Positions 47,089 to 60,043 of a stretch of 64,000 bases of DNA are shown here, one piece after another. The notes below the pieces were generated by a model, which was given only the letters and a program-made list of their open reading frames with translations, made no database searches and was not told the DNA's origin. The DNA is from Pocillopora damicornis. Lineage: Eukaryota. The stretch lies in NCBI RefSeq assembly GCF_003704095.1, contig NW_020847034.1:62001-126000 (forward strand), read 5' to 3'. A program made the position numbers and the translations under genes. Positions within the stretch are counted from its first letter, which is position 1. Each line of letters begins with the position of its first letter.

Positions 47089-50000
47089 ATGGAGGATAAA
47101 GAGCAAATCCTTGATGAAGACAATGATACTGTGGAATCAGAACAGGAGCAGAGTGAAAAGCCTGATGGAGGGTGGGGTTGGGTGGTTTGCTGTGGTACCT
47201 TCAGTGTCAACTTTATAGTGTTTGGTATTCATAACTCATTTGGTGTTGTGTACGAGTATTTGGTAGATGAACAACACATGGGAGAAGCTGAGACAGGTAA
47301 GAACAATAACTAGCTGGTAAACCTGCATGTGAGGTCTGCACTGTAAATTATAGACTGAGTTTTATCCATGTTCATGTTTGTGCCTTAAATCCAAGAGGGG
47401 AACACAATGTTGTATAACTTGTAGTACAGATCATAAAGACAAGGTTAGGGAGGTCTTGAATTTCCCTCTTCTCACATAGAGTTGCTTGGAGTGTCGAGTG
47501 ATGCAGAACAAGTCAGATCCAAATCATTGTCCAGTTTTATTATGATTTTCTTAATCCTTATACTCCAATGAGTGACCAAGACAGATCTTCCCTTACAATA
47601 TGAATACAAGATCAAGCAGACAATTAATGGTAATATGGAAAATTGTCGTTAAGGGGATTGATTTTTTTTTTTCAATCGCTTTTACCATGATGGCGCAAAA
47701 CACATAACAGAGCAAGGCTCCAAATTAAGTCAGTGCCCTTATGAGAGGTACTGTGAGAATGAAATGGCCTGCCCAAGAACGCAATGTATTGTCCAAGCCA
47801 GGTCTTGAACCCAGGCCTCTCAACCCAGAGTCCAGTTCATTGACCACTGGACCTCCCATAAGGAGGGTTGATCAACTTGAAATCCTCCAGATGAAAGGAA
47901 AGTCTTCAATCTATCAATTTTATCAAACTGCATTGTTCACTGTGACAGGATTCATCTCAGTCTATAATTTTTTCTTCCAATGGTCTAATTTGGCATAGTT
48001 TTTAACTTACCACATGGGTGTAATATTTTATTGTCAAGTTTCTTAACCCTTTAACTCCCAAGATCTCATTAGTAATTCTCCTTACTGTCTGCTATACAGT
48101 TCTAGTGATGTTTGTTTGGAGAATTTGGTCATGGATCAACTTATATTCCCTTAATTTCTATTTTTTCTTTATTCTCATTACTTGTCTGCTTGATATTGTA
48201 TTGATATTGTAAAGAGAAATTCTGTCTTGGTCACTCATGGGAGTTAGAGGGTTAGCTTAATTTGGGATGAATTTATTAAGTATTTAAACCCTTCATGATT
48301 TGCCAGTGTCAATATATTTACCAGATATGGCCATTTAAACATTTAAAAGTAATGTTTCCTTGTTTTGTTTAAATTTAGGTTATAAGAGTAACATTTCTTA
48401 GGCCATAGATTGATGGCATGTTAAGTTAACTGCTCTTAAAGCATTACCTGTAGTTTTCCAGTATAACTGATCTTTTCTGCATATAATTTACATAGAAACT
48501 GCTCAGGTTGTACATCACTTAGCAGCAGCCATCAGGTAACATTTTAGGACACTTTCATAATAGGTGTATTTATTCATAAATGTAACCGCTGACATGGTAG
48601 CATTGCATTTTATGTTCCTTATTTCTCCTTAGCCTGGGTTGGTGCAATGGCCGGTTCCCTCAACTTCTTGTGTGGTCCGCTGTGCAGTATTTTGTGTGAT
48701 CGCTTTGGATGTCGTCGAGTAGCGTTTGTTGGCGCCCTTCTATCTGTAACTGGACTTTTTCTTACGTCGCTTGTGACTCGCTTGCATTACATGTACCTTA
48801 CCTATGGACTTCTTTGGGGGGTGGGGTCGAGTTTTTCCTTTGTACCTTCCATCGTGATGTTAGGTGAATACTTTGATAAAAGATTAGCACTAGCAAATGG
48901 ATTAGGTACCAGCGGAAGTGGAGTGGGTTCATTGGTCGCCTCGCCTGCCATCAATTACTTACTCTGGGTCGTCGGATGGAGTAATTCTCTGCGCATACTC
49001 AGTGGAGTCGCAGCGTTTCTTGTTGTGGCGTGCTTTCTCTATAAACCGCTGAAAACAAGACAGCGTGACAGAGCCGTGACAAAACAGTGTAGCCAGTTGT
49101 GTGACGTTTCAATTTGGAGGAACCGGGCTTACGTAGCCTGGGTACTAACAGTAGCGTTATTTCAGTTCGGATATCCGGTCCCTTTCGTCCATTTGGTAAG
49201 TTAGGAGACCTTCATGTGCTGTTTGTGACGTTGTGCCATGGTGACTATTTGCTAACGTAATAATTCTTTGGCAGTTTGCGCGCAAGGTATAGGAAAACAT
49301 TGCATGGCACACAGAAAAGAAAAAAAGAAAATCCAAGCGGAAAAAAAAATAATAATAATTATAATTGAACAATTTGAGGGAACCAAAGTTAGGTTGCGCA
49401 ACGTAGTGTCATCTTCACTGAATATTTCTTCTGCTGTCGACGATTGAGGAAGATTGTAAGCAGCGTTGTGAACATTGTAAAAGTTACCAATGGCGTAGGT
49501 CCATTTTCTGCATATAAACCCACACAAAACCCAAATTAAAACTCCTTCAATCGCTCTGACGAAGGGCTAACGCTCAAAACGACAGCCTTTAAAATCTTTA
49601 CGGTGACCAATTTGCGTTATCAACTCAGTTGATAACACTGAATTACCCTGTTACATTTACTATTTCCTTTGCTCCTGGCGTTCTCTTCTTCATCTGACGC
49701 TCAAAAGAAAAAAACAAAACCAGCTGCACTTAAAACATCCTTCTAACGTGGTCTGGAAAAAAGAGTTTTCTTAATAATTGGCACAAATGATTGGGACAAG
49801 CTTCAAAATTGCAACACAATGACTGCTTTAATTCTTCGTTCCTTTACTTACTCGTTTATTTTTTTGTTGCAATGCTTATTTGAAGGCTGTCATTCGCGAG
49901 TAAATCATATCTTGCCTTATTATTTTTTTTACTTTCAGTTCTCTTTGAATTTTCCAGAAAACATGACAAAAGCATAATTTAATCTTAAAGCGATGTAGCA

Positions 50001-51480
50001 AATTTGGCATACAAGTTACAGAAATAACGCCAAATCACTAGAAACGTGAATAGAAAATCATTGACAAACACTGTACGACAGCAGCCCATTTGTGGCTCAT
50101 ACTTTGCAAATAATTCTGAGTAAGCGCTCCATTAAAGGTGGATATGGCGCTTGCTGGTCAATATTTTGCTTCAAAGTGCATCACTGTTTGACGGTTGGCA
50201 CTCTCTCAACCTTACACAGAAGCTTGCTTTAGTCATGTCAATAAGTGTGTGTTGTTTACTAACCTTCCTCTAGGTGAAATACGCCAATGATCTTGGTATC
50301 CCGACTTCCAAGGGAGCATGGCTGGTCGGTTTCCTTTCGATCATGTCTACTTTGGGGCGTGTGATATTCGGGAAGATCTGTGAACAACGATGGGTCAACA
50401 AAGTTTACGTCTATCAGTTTTCAGTGTTTATCATAGGACTTAGCACGATGATCTGTCCAATCACAGAAGGCTACGCGGGTCTCTTGACTTACTCTCTTGT
50501 GTTTGGTTTTTTCGATGGATGCTTTGTAGGGCAAGTGGCTGTAATCACTGGAGAAATTGCTGGAAAGAACAGGCTCTCACAAGCAGTGGGAAATATGTTT
50601 GGGGTGTTGGCCATCCCCATGAGTTTTGGACCACCGGTCGCTGGTAAGAAGAGAATTATGTGGCACATTTTGAAAATTTCTGCCTTTTAAGCTTAAAATA
50701 AACGAACGGGGGAAAATAAATTATTAAACACTTCTAATTTCTTCAGCTGATTTTTCAAACTTTTGTCGTTCTCTTGCTCTCTATCAAGACAGCATAGTTT
50801 ATTTTCAAGGGGATAAATAGGTTTTGGGCCCGACTCAAGTCAATTAAGCCCGAGCCGCTAGGCGAAGGTTAAAATGACTTGAAAAAGGGTACAAGACATA
50901 TTTATGCTCGAGAACATAAATTGTATTACAATTATTATCACTTTGAGAGGGCATCGAGAAAATAAAAACAGAAGAAAAAAAATGACCAAACGAAAAACAG
51001 CCTAAATGATCACGCGAGCGTACGAGGGGGCTAACATACAATTCAACCTTTTAATCTCCATTTCGGCCCACAAAGTGCGCCACAGCGCTTAACAAAGTGA
51101 TGATGATAGAAAAAAATATGCATTTTTTTCTTTCCAAAGGACCCAAACATGTAAGATATATGTAAGAATCTGGGCCTATATTTTTTCCTCTACATACAGG
51201 CTGGCTTTACGAAGCTACAGGTTCTTACCACCAGGCATTCTTTGTGTGTGGAAGTGTGGGCATCATGGCTTCTCTGTTTGTCTTTGTCGTGTCTCGTTTG
51301 CATCGAAATCAAAGACAATATTACATCTCCAGCAGGAGAGGAAGCAAAAATACGGACTCAAATAAAGACTGTAGGTATGGAGGGAGTTTGGAAACTGAAA
51401 GTGAAATGTCTAACATGATAAGGGGAGAGACGACATCTCGTGAAGTCCTCATCGTCGCAGATAAAGAAACTGTTCTGTAG
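47089..51480 (+). CDS. SLC16A10: MFS monocarboxylate/aromatic amino acid transporter, MCT10/MCT8-like, copy 1 (complete, 4 coding exons)
   Basis: Exons 47089-47296, 48633-49195, 50274-50643, 51200-51480. Motifs PDGGWGW, FGIHNSFG, DRFGCR, LGEYFDKRLALANG, PFVHL, LGRVIFG, FFDGCF, GPPVAG; ends DKETVL*. The symbol denotes the MCT8/MCT10 subfamily, not one-to-one orthology. Confidence 0.9.
47735..47860 (-). mobile_element. Degenerate tRNA-derived SINE (reverse)
   Basis: Reverse strand reads ...ctgggttcaagacctggc...gttcttgggcaggcca.ttcattctcacagtacctctc..., the same family as 28480-28690. Confidence 0.5.
48043..48255. mobile_element. piggyBac-like MITE (TTAA-CCCT...AGGG-TTAG)
   Basis: ttaaccctttaactccca...tgggagttagagggttag imperfect TIRs at a TTAA-type site. 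Related copies at ~36020-36222, ~47551-47657 (reverse) and ~59600-59698. Confidence 0.65.
49550..49652 (+). mobile_element. Penelope-like/retrozyme terminal repeat remnant with a degenerate minimal hammerhead motif
   Basis: gct-CTGACGA-a-gggc-taac-gctc-aAAAC-gac-agc followed by ...tacggtgaccaatttgcgttatcaactcagttgataa. Related decayed copies at ~12329-12415, ~57326-57433, ~60761-60862. Confidence 0.55.
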
Positions 51481-52992
51481 TTGCTTGTTTTGTGCGTCAC
51501 GCAACTTCTTGAGTACGTTGCGTGACCATGTTGTAGGTTTGGTTTTTTTTTTTTTTTTTAATGACTACAGCGCGTTTCGATCGTGTGTCGTTAAACGAAA
51601 ACCAAAGTTATCACAACAGCCAATTAGAAAAAAAGGAAAATATCTCAAGGAGCCAATGAGGACATAGAATATCATGAGCAAACTGCTTGAAGCGCGGGAA
51701 AACAGGCATTTTTTAAATTCATTTTGCCGGTGTAATGTTGTAGAAGTTTTCTTCTCCTTCTTCCCACGTGAAATTGGTATAACTTTCCTCAAAGAAAATA
51801 AGTTTACCCGAACTTAAAGCAGTGGTGTATAGATATATATGACCTTCAGGCTAATGAGGAAATTTGGATTCTGAGCATTTTCTTAAGGTGTTATTTAACT
51901 TTTCCTACGTGTGACGTGGATCGTGGATCATATCACCACGTAAGATCTTTGCTGTGAAATTATATATATACATATATATATATGGGTTGGGTTTGTGTGT
52001 GTGTGTATATATATTTTTAATTGGAATTAATGTGAGTGATTACGCATTTTTAAGGGAGCCTTCGGTAGCTTCCTTTTCTGATCGTTGTTTTTTTGTTTTG
52101 TTTTTTCGCGTCGTCAAATTTAAGCGTGGGTTTTATTTATGTTGAGTGCACACTTTCTCTGAAGATATTTAACGCGGAAAAGCCTGTTTTACTATGGGTT
52201 ACTTGTGCAAACATTTCTGGAAATTTTTTAAGTACTTTGGAGAAATGCTTGATAAACTCTTGCGAGAGGAACAGAACTAGGAAATTATAACGAAATAATT
52301 ATTTATGCAGACATTATTTACATTTCTATCTACAAGTCGCTTATTTAAATAAACGCCAGTGTTCTATGTGTTTCTCAAGCAAAGGGTTGTGGAAATATTT
52401 TACTTACTGTGAGAGAATGTTTTTTATTTTAAATTATTTCAAAATTAATATAAAAATTTCGGCAGAGCGTAAATACGAAATTATACTTTACGAGAAAAAT
52501 TTGTTTTCTTGAAATGTTATTCACATTTCTAGCCACAGGTCGCGTATCTATTTGCACTTCGATTGTATTTAAATGTGAGAAAAAAAAGGGTGTACTTCAG
52601 ATAATTTATTTTTGGAAGAGGCTATTTATTGCTATCAAGCAATCATTATTTAATTAGACTGATATGAAATAAAGCTTCAGTTCTATGCAGGGAATTGTTT
52701 ATTGCCAGATCTTGTTGTATTGTTGTTGTTGTTGTTGCTGTTTTTTGTTTGTTTGTCTGTTTCTTCTGTTTTTGATCAGTGAGAGATAGAGAGCAGGGAA
52801 GGGGATGAAGAGGCCCGCGGTCAGTTACTGTATGCGGTAGAATCTGGGTACGAGATTAAGGGGCCGTGTCTGCGTTTGAAGTAGAAATAACTACTTGCGA
52901 GGAGGAATCTTGTATTTTAGCAAGTGACCAAAGTAAAGCGAAAGCTCGCACCCATTCACCCTTGGATAGTGCTGACAAGGTTATGTAATTAA

Positions 52993-53394
52993 GGCCCAGT
53001 TCAGACGTAGTACCTCTGTTAGCCGACCGAAGTTACTGCAATTACGTTCGACTTAAACACAGCAGAAACACGACTCTGATTAAGACATCGGGCTAAAGTC
53101 GTACGGAATTCAGCTTTTAATGAAGCAAAATAACAATTTAGTATTGTTAACTTCCCGCAAGAACGCAATCCCGCCAAAATACATCAGCATAATTTGTGAA
53201 TATTTTTTAGCTCGGCGGAGGCACGGCTTGAACCGCGCCAGAGTCATTTAGCAGGGCAGGGCTTATAGCACCTAATTTCTTGTCGAACTTGTTAAAAAAA
53301 TTTACTTCAGACACCTTGCTTCTGTCGTGCTCTACTCGAACTTAGTTTCTGAATTGACTTCGACACAGCAGGAGCACGAAATCTGAACTGGGCC
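52993..53394. mobile_element. PIF/Harbinger-type (Tourist-like) MITE, 402 bp
   Basis: Perfect 13-bp TIR GGCCCAGTTCAGA...TCTGAACTGGGCC with further imperfect pairing inward; TAA on both flanks (52990-52992, 53395-53397); no ORF. Confidence 0.8.
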
Positions 53395-53454
53395 TAATTC
53401 AAGGGACGGTTTTCAGTCCCACTGTCATTTTCAAAGCAAGGTATAGCAGTCTAT

Positions 53455-54800
53455 GTCAGTGTTCATAATCCATCAAATAATTTTTCCTTGACACGATGAG
53501 TCTAAACGCATCGCGTGATCTAATATACCCTAGGAAGAGATTATAATCTCTTACCATCAATTAAAACTGGAGACTATCCCCGTGATAAACCTCAAATATT
53601 ATTCTCCGATTTTCGAACATTTCGTCTACCATAACGAAAGTGTTGTTTTAAATTCAATTCAAGATGATAGATCATTAATCCATTGCTGCAGAATAAGGGA
53701 CGCCAGACTGGAGAAAACTGAAAAATAAACATCCACGCAGCAAAATGAAAGCTGTTCGTAAACATTTTGCCTGCGCGTTGAAAGATAATAAATATTATAG
53801 CCTCGAGTTGGCGCGAGAATAATCATGCATATTTTTCATTGGACATGATCTGTTCTTCAACCTCACAGATTTCCAAGAGCTTCGCTCTCTGAAAACTTTT
53901 CGCATCTTGGACAGGTAACATCCGCGTAACTATATGAGTACCCATATGAGGACTATCGTTTATATATCATATGTCATACTGGCGTGCGTGCTTTAGAGTT
54001 TAGTAGCAGCGGCGGGGCACAGTGATATTGACAGAGGACAAGGTTAACAGCTACATTCTTTACGAGACTATCATCTGTATCATGGATATTTCACTAAGAA
54101 TTAAAAAACATCACGTGACTTGACAAGGTCAAGGAACACGGAGTTAAGTATTGACCGATCACTTAGGCGTAAATGCATGTTACAAAACGTAGGTAAAAGA
54201 GAATCTGCGCTTACAGACCAGCAATTCTTTATCGCCCTTTATACATTGTGTACGCTGTTGCCGATGACTGACCCCNNNNNNNNNNNNNNNNNNNNNNNNN
54301 NNNNNNNNNNNNNNNNNNNNNNNNNNNNNNNNNNNNNNNNNNNNNNNNNNNNNNNNNNNAAGTAACGACAGGTTTAATCCGTAGTTGGCGCGTACAGTTG
54401 GTAAACAAAGTAGAGCCTTCGAGTTCTTTCCGAACATCTGTCCAAAAGTGTCTGGCTGGTTTGTTATTCGTATCTTGATAAGCACAAAAGCAAAAAGAGT
54501 TTCGCACGCTAGGTTCGGTTGTAAATCAATTTTCTGTGGTCGAGAAATGAAAGGCGAAAACCGATCCGATAATGGACTTACAACGAAATCGATAAGTCGA
54601 GACGGCGGCTATGGCTGGATAGTCTGCTGTGGGACTTTCATCGTAAGTTTTGTGGTATTCGGAATTCACAACTCATTCGGTGTTCTGTATGTTAACCTGC
54701 TCGATGAGTTAAAACTTGGTGCGATGCAAACAGGTTAGTAATGCAAAGAATTAATTTAACGGCGCGCCACGTGTCGGTACGCAAATTACTGATCCTAAAT
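53455..54800 (+). repeat. Upstream plus exon-1 block duplicated at ~62500-63740 (MCT tandem duplication unit)
   Basis: Colinear blocks, e.g. tgacttgacaaggtcaaggaacacg and agcacaaaagcaaaaagagtttc. Intron 55577-56600 is likewise copied at 58047-60040. Confidence 0.8.
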
Positions 54801-57800
54801 TTTTGATGGGTTCGAATGTTAACGTAGGTGTGCTTGCATTCGATGATATCATTGTAAATACGAGAGCCTTTGAAGCTGACTTGGTAAGTATGTACAATTT
54901 CAACATCGAACGGAGAATTAGCTCTTTTTCATCGTTAACGGAGTGGATTTAACAACAAACGTTAGGATGAAACACTTATCAAACTTAATTGAAACATGAA
55001 TGCTGTTATAATTCACAACTCTGAAAGATTACAAGAGAGTTGATGTCGCAGTGCTGTCTTTCATAAAGAACTATCTGTGTTTCTTGGCTTGTGCTCTACT
55101 TGTAAGTAACAATATTGAGGACATGAGCGACATTAGTTCATGTGATAACCTAACTCACGCCATATAAATAAGAATTTTACTATTTCCCTTCGAGCTAAAA
55201 TTCCATTTCCGTTTTTCACACAATAATTTCTCGGCAATAATTTATGTCCGAAAAGGGTGGATATCAGCACCTGAATTAAGTTTTGTGCATATCGTCTCAA
55301 GTTTCGAGTAAAGCTTCGAAAAAAACACTGGTCTCCTGATTAGAGCACGTGAACTTTCTCTCTCCAAGATCTTTACTGCATTCAATCAAAACAACAAACA
55401 AATACGTCAACGTCTTCGTGCCTAAAAAATTGCAACCTTACCTCTATCGATGATCGCGACATGAGCAAGTAATTACTTCCAAATTTTTTCAGCAGGAACA
55501 AGCTGTTCCTTTGCTGTTTGAAATCATTTTTTTTTTTAGTGTTAGGCTACCAGTTAGCGAAGCAACCGGAAAGTGGCTTCTGTACTGCATATTTCACATT
55601 TTGTCTGCATCACTGATTACAGTCAAAGTTTCTCTGATTTTCCACTTCGCACGTTAGTTGGTACTTTGCAATTTACGGTGTGCCATTAAGAAGGCAACAT
55701 CCTTTCTCTCTAAACGTGATCAACATGGTCACGAGTTGTTGTTTGTTATTTCACTTCTTGCTCAGCCATTACAGGTAGTAACTTTCTTTAACTTAAGTTT
55801 GGAAATATTGGAATACTGTACATTGGCTCACTTTATTTGGAATCGTTTACGGTTGGGATCAGAGCGGATAGAACATAGATTTATTATAACTTTTTCTTCT
55901 TTTTGATGCAAGACAAAATGCTTTTTTTTTTTGTAAAAGGGTTGCATGATCTCGTGGGACCTCAAGTATGGACTCTTTATTGTAGGGTCCCAATGCCGTA
56001 GGTACGGAAGTGATGGTTCTCACGCCTAACGGTTGGTCATTTTCCGGCTCACAGTTAATTTCCGTCCTTTACGATTAAAAGACAAATTTTAACGGCTAAC
56101 CATTTTTGCAAAGAATGGTTAAAATTTGTCAATTTTTACAGCTAACGGCTAAATTTTTTTTGGCCAGTTTACGGCTGACGCAGCCCAAGCACGTGCATAA
56201 TTTGTTTATCATCATAGCGTCAGGGATTGACAGCAAGTTTGGCAGAAGTTTCAACGTCACACGTTTTCGCCTAAATTTTTTTTGATACTGGCTTATACTG
56301 AAACTGTAGAATTTGTGAACCAGGTTTCAGAACTCTGATGCCGGAATGAGTCAATCAGTGCCGGTAGAGAGCGGATTGGCCTGTTTCAAAATTTTTCAAG
56401 AAAAGCGTTATTGGCGTAATTATATGCCCAAAAATCGCAAGACTCGTCCTTGTTTTTTTCTTCAAAATGATGCTCTCTGTTAATAACTGGCAACTATACA
56501 TGGATGTAAAACAGTCGTTGCCGCATTTAACAAATTTGCCTCTGCTTCACGCCCGTGACAAAAAGAATGACATGTTTCTTTATACATGGAGATCATATTA
56601 TTGATTTCTTTTCACAGCGTGGATTGGCGCCATGGCCATGGGTTTGAACTTCTTTTTTGGTCCTATATCAAGTGCATTGTGTGATCGTCTTGGTTGCCGT
56701 GTTGTGTCCTTTGCTGGTGCGTTACTATCCGTCTCAGGGTTGTTCCTAACCTCCTTCATACAAGAAGCTCCTAAAATGTATGTGACCTACGGACTTGTAT
56801 GGGGAGTGGGTTCTAGTTTCTCCTATGTGTCGTCTATCGTTGTCCTGGGTGAATACTTTGATAGACGATTGGCGCTTGCCAATGGGATTGCATCATGTGG
56901 AGGTGGCGTAGGCTCTCTTGTTACCGGGCCGGTCATAAATTACCTACTGGCATCTGTCGGATGGAAACACTCCATGCGCATTTTGAGTGCGTTTGCTGGA
57001 CTTTTATGGATTGCAACTTTGATCTTTAAACCAAAGGAAAATCTTCAATCTACCAGGCAGAGGAGAGAATGTACCAAGTTATTTGATACTTCAATATGGA
57101 AGAGTAAAGCGTACGTTTTGTGGGTTACTACTGTAGCTGTGTTTCAATTTGGTTATCTTGTTCCATTTATTCACCTGGTAAGTTGTATCGTTGTGTGTTT
57201 GATACTCAACAAAACTTCTCATTCCTGATTGGTCAATGAAAAACGCATAAATAGCTTATAGACCGCCGTTCGGGATCTCATAAGAAAATCATCGTTTAAA
57301 TATAAGTTAGGCGGATAAATTCTAAAGCTGACGTTAAAAGCGTATGCCTTATGAAGAATTAAGGGCCACCGCTCAAAACTCTAGCCTTAGAAACTCTCTT
57401 CGCTGGACAATTTACGTTATCCACTCAGTTGATCATTGATCATAAACAAAATTATTTTAAAATTCCCTCCACCGACTCGACACCACAGTTCTTTGTAGAA
57501 TCTTATCACCTTTATTCGTTTCGTTTTTATCTGCAGGTGAGGTATGCCGAAGATTTGGGAGTTCCAAAATCTAAAGGCGCTTGGCTGGTTGGTTTTCTAT
57601 CCATCACCTCAACGCTTGGTCGAGTGGTATTTGGCAAGATTTCTGACTTGAAATTCGTCAACAGGCTCTACCTATACCAATTTTCGATATTTTGCATTGG
57701 AGTGACCACTCTCTTGTGTCCTCTGGTCAAAAACTATGCAGGACTTGTGGGTTATGCTTTAATATTTGGATTTTTTGACGGATGTTTTGTGGGCCAAGTG

Positions 57801-57906
57801 GCGGTGATAACGGCTGATGTGGTCGGACGCGATAAGCTTTCTCAAGCAGTGGGAAACATGTTTGGAACTATGGCGATACCACTGAGTCTTGGACCTCCAC
57901 TTGCAG
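54547..57906 (+). CDS. SLC16A10: MCT10/MCT8-like transporter copy 2 (exons 1-3; last exon lost at gap)
   Basis: Exons 54547-54733, 56618-57177, 57537-57906, with the same intron positions as copy 1; RDGGYGW, FGIHNSFG, YFDRRLALANG, GPPLAG. Confidence 0.88.
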
Positions 57907-60043
57907 GTAATCAGCTGTGTAAAAGATGGTGAATACGCTCCAACCCNNNNNNNNNNNNNNNNNNNNNNNNNNNNNNNNNNNNNNNNNNNNNNNNNNNNNN
58001 NNNNNNNNNNNNNNNNNNNNNNNNNNNNNNNNNNNNNNNNNNNNNNGGCTTCTGTACTGCATATTTTACATTTTGTCTGCATCACTGATCACAGTCAAAG
58101 TTTCTCTGACCTTCCACTTCGAACATTACTTGGTACTTTACAATTAACGAAATCTCTGATTTGCTTCGAAATAATCCCAATTACCAGTCTTTTTTTTTAC
58201 TTCCCCCCCGGTGTGCCATTAAAGGCAACATCTTTTATTCTCTATAAACATGGTCACGAGTTGTTGTTTGTTATTTCACTTCTTGCTCAGCTATTACAGG
58301 TAGTAACTTATCTCTAACCTAAGTTTGGAAATATCGGAATACTGTACATTGGCTCGCTTTATTTAGAATCTTTTTCAGTTGGATCAGAGCGGATAGAACG
58401 TTGATTTGTGATAATTTTCTCTTCTTTTTATGCAGCACAGAATACTTTTTGTTTTTGATAAGTGAGTTGCATGATCTCGTGGCGCCACAAGTATGGACTA
58501 ATTATAGAAGGGTGACAATGTCATAGGTACGTAAGTAATGGTTCTCACGGCTAACAGTTTGGCATTTTGCGGCTAACGTTTAATTTCCTTCCTTTGTGAT
58601 TAAAAGAAAAATTTCAAAGGTTAACTTTTTTTCAAATACCGTTTAATGGCTGACGGTTAACTCCACTAAGAGTCTCTAATTGAAGACCTTTGATACGCAG
58701 CCCAAGCACGTGCATAATTTGTTTATCATCGAGGCGTCAGGGATTGACAGCACGTTTGGCAGAAGTTTTCAAAGCCACACATTGACTAATACTGAAACAG
58801 TAGAATTTGTGAACCAGGTTTCAAAACTCTGATGCCGGAATGAGTCAATCAGTGCCGGTAGAGGGCGGATTGGCCTGTTTCAGAATTTATCAAGTTAGGC
58901 GTTGTTGATCCAGCGTGAAGTTCACAAAACATTTGTTAAAAAACATTAACAGCGGCATCTTGACAGTGCATGCTTATTCATGTAAGACTAACTAACGCCG
59001 GGAAAATAATATCCTATGGATTTCTCATCGGTATACCAATAAGCCCGAAAGGGAAATGATATGCCCAAAAATGGCGAAACTCGTCCTTTTTTTTCCTTAA
59101 AAAATTTGATCTCTGTTTTTGGCAACTACATGGATGTAAAAACAGTCGTTGCCGCATATTTTCTTTTCTTCAACTTCTTAAAAAAAAAACATTGGACGTG
59201 ATGACGACTTTGATCAAGCTAAAGGTATTTATTTTTCTCCGTTTTGTTGTCAAGAACAAAGTGAGCAAGCCTTGGCTGGCAAGATGTGCCCTTGTAGCAA
59301 GTTTAAGTAGCCAGCCAGAACCGCTGTATCTCGCTTACGAAGCAGCGCAAGTAAATACCTTTCCTTTGCGCGAACAAACAAATCACTTTTCAAAACAGTT
59401 CAACTTCGTCATGAAGAAGAAAAGATTTTTTTGTCGTTTGGTGCCGATTGCATTCAAAGGGATTGAGACAGATTTGAAATATGAGGGTTAACTCTTTCAT
59501 TCCCAGGCTGCTAAAGAATAAATATCTTCTAACAATGTCAACACGTAGAAAGTTTAGGAGACGCAACAAAAATATCAACTATGGAATATATTATATTGCT
59601 GAAGAACCAATTTTTCAGATATATAAAATTGCATGTACAAGAAATGGAAGGTTAACAATGAGGAGATTTGTTTTTTTAATCTTGGGAGTGAAAGGATGAA
59701 AGAGGGTAGACTCCTCAATTTTCTTGGGTGTTAGTTCGCGCCTTTCCCTTCAAGGTTCTTATTTTACTTATTCCTTGATATCCTGTATATAGTGTTCCTC
59801 CAATTCTTGTCCAGTGTAGATTTAAAGACTTTTAAGGATAAGAACGTGAAGATTTTGGAGGCAAAGATACATAAAGTTTACATTGAAATGCTTTTTGAGT
59901 GTGAAGTAATGGACGATGGTATGCGTAAGGTCTGGGATCGATTCAGCGTGGAGGAACACAGAAATTTCCCTCCGCTCCACGTCCGTGACTAAAACATTTA
60001 CATATTTACACATGGAGATTATGTTTTTGATTTCTCCTCACAG

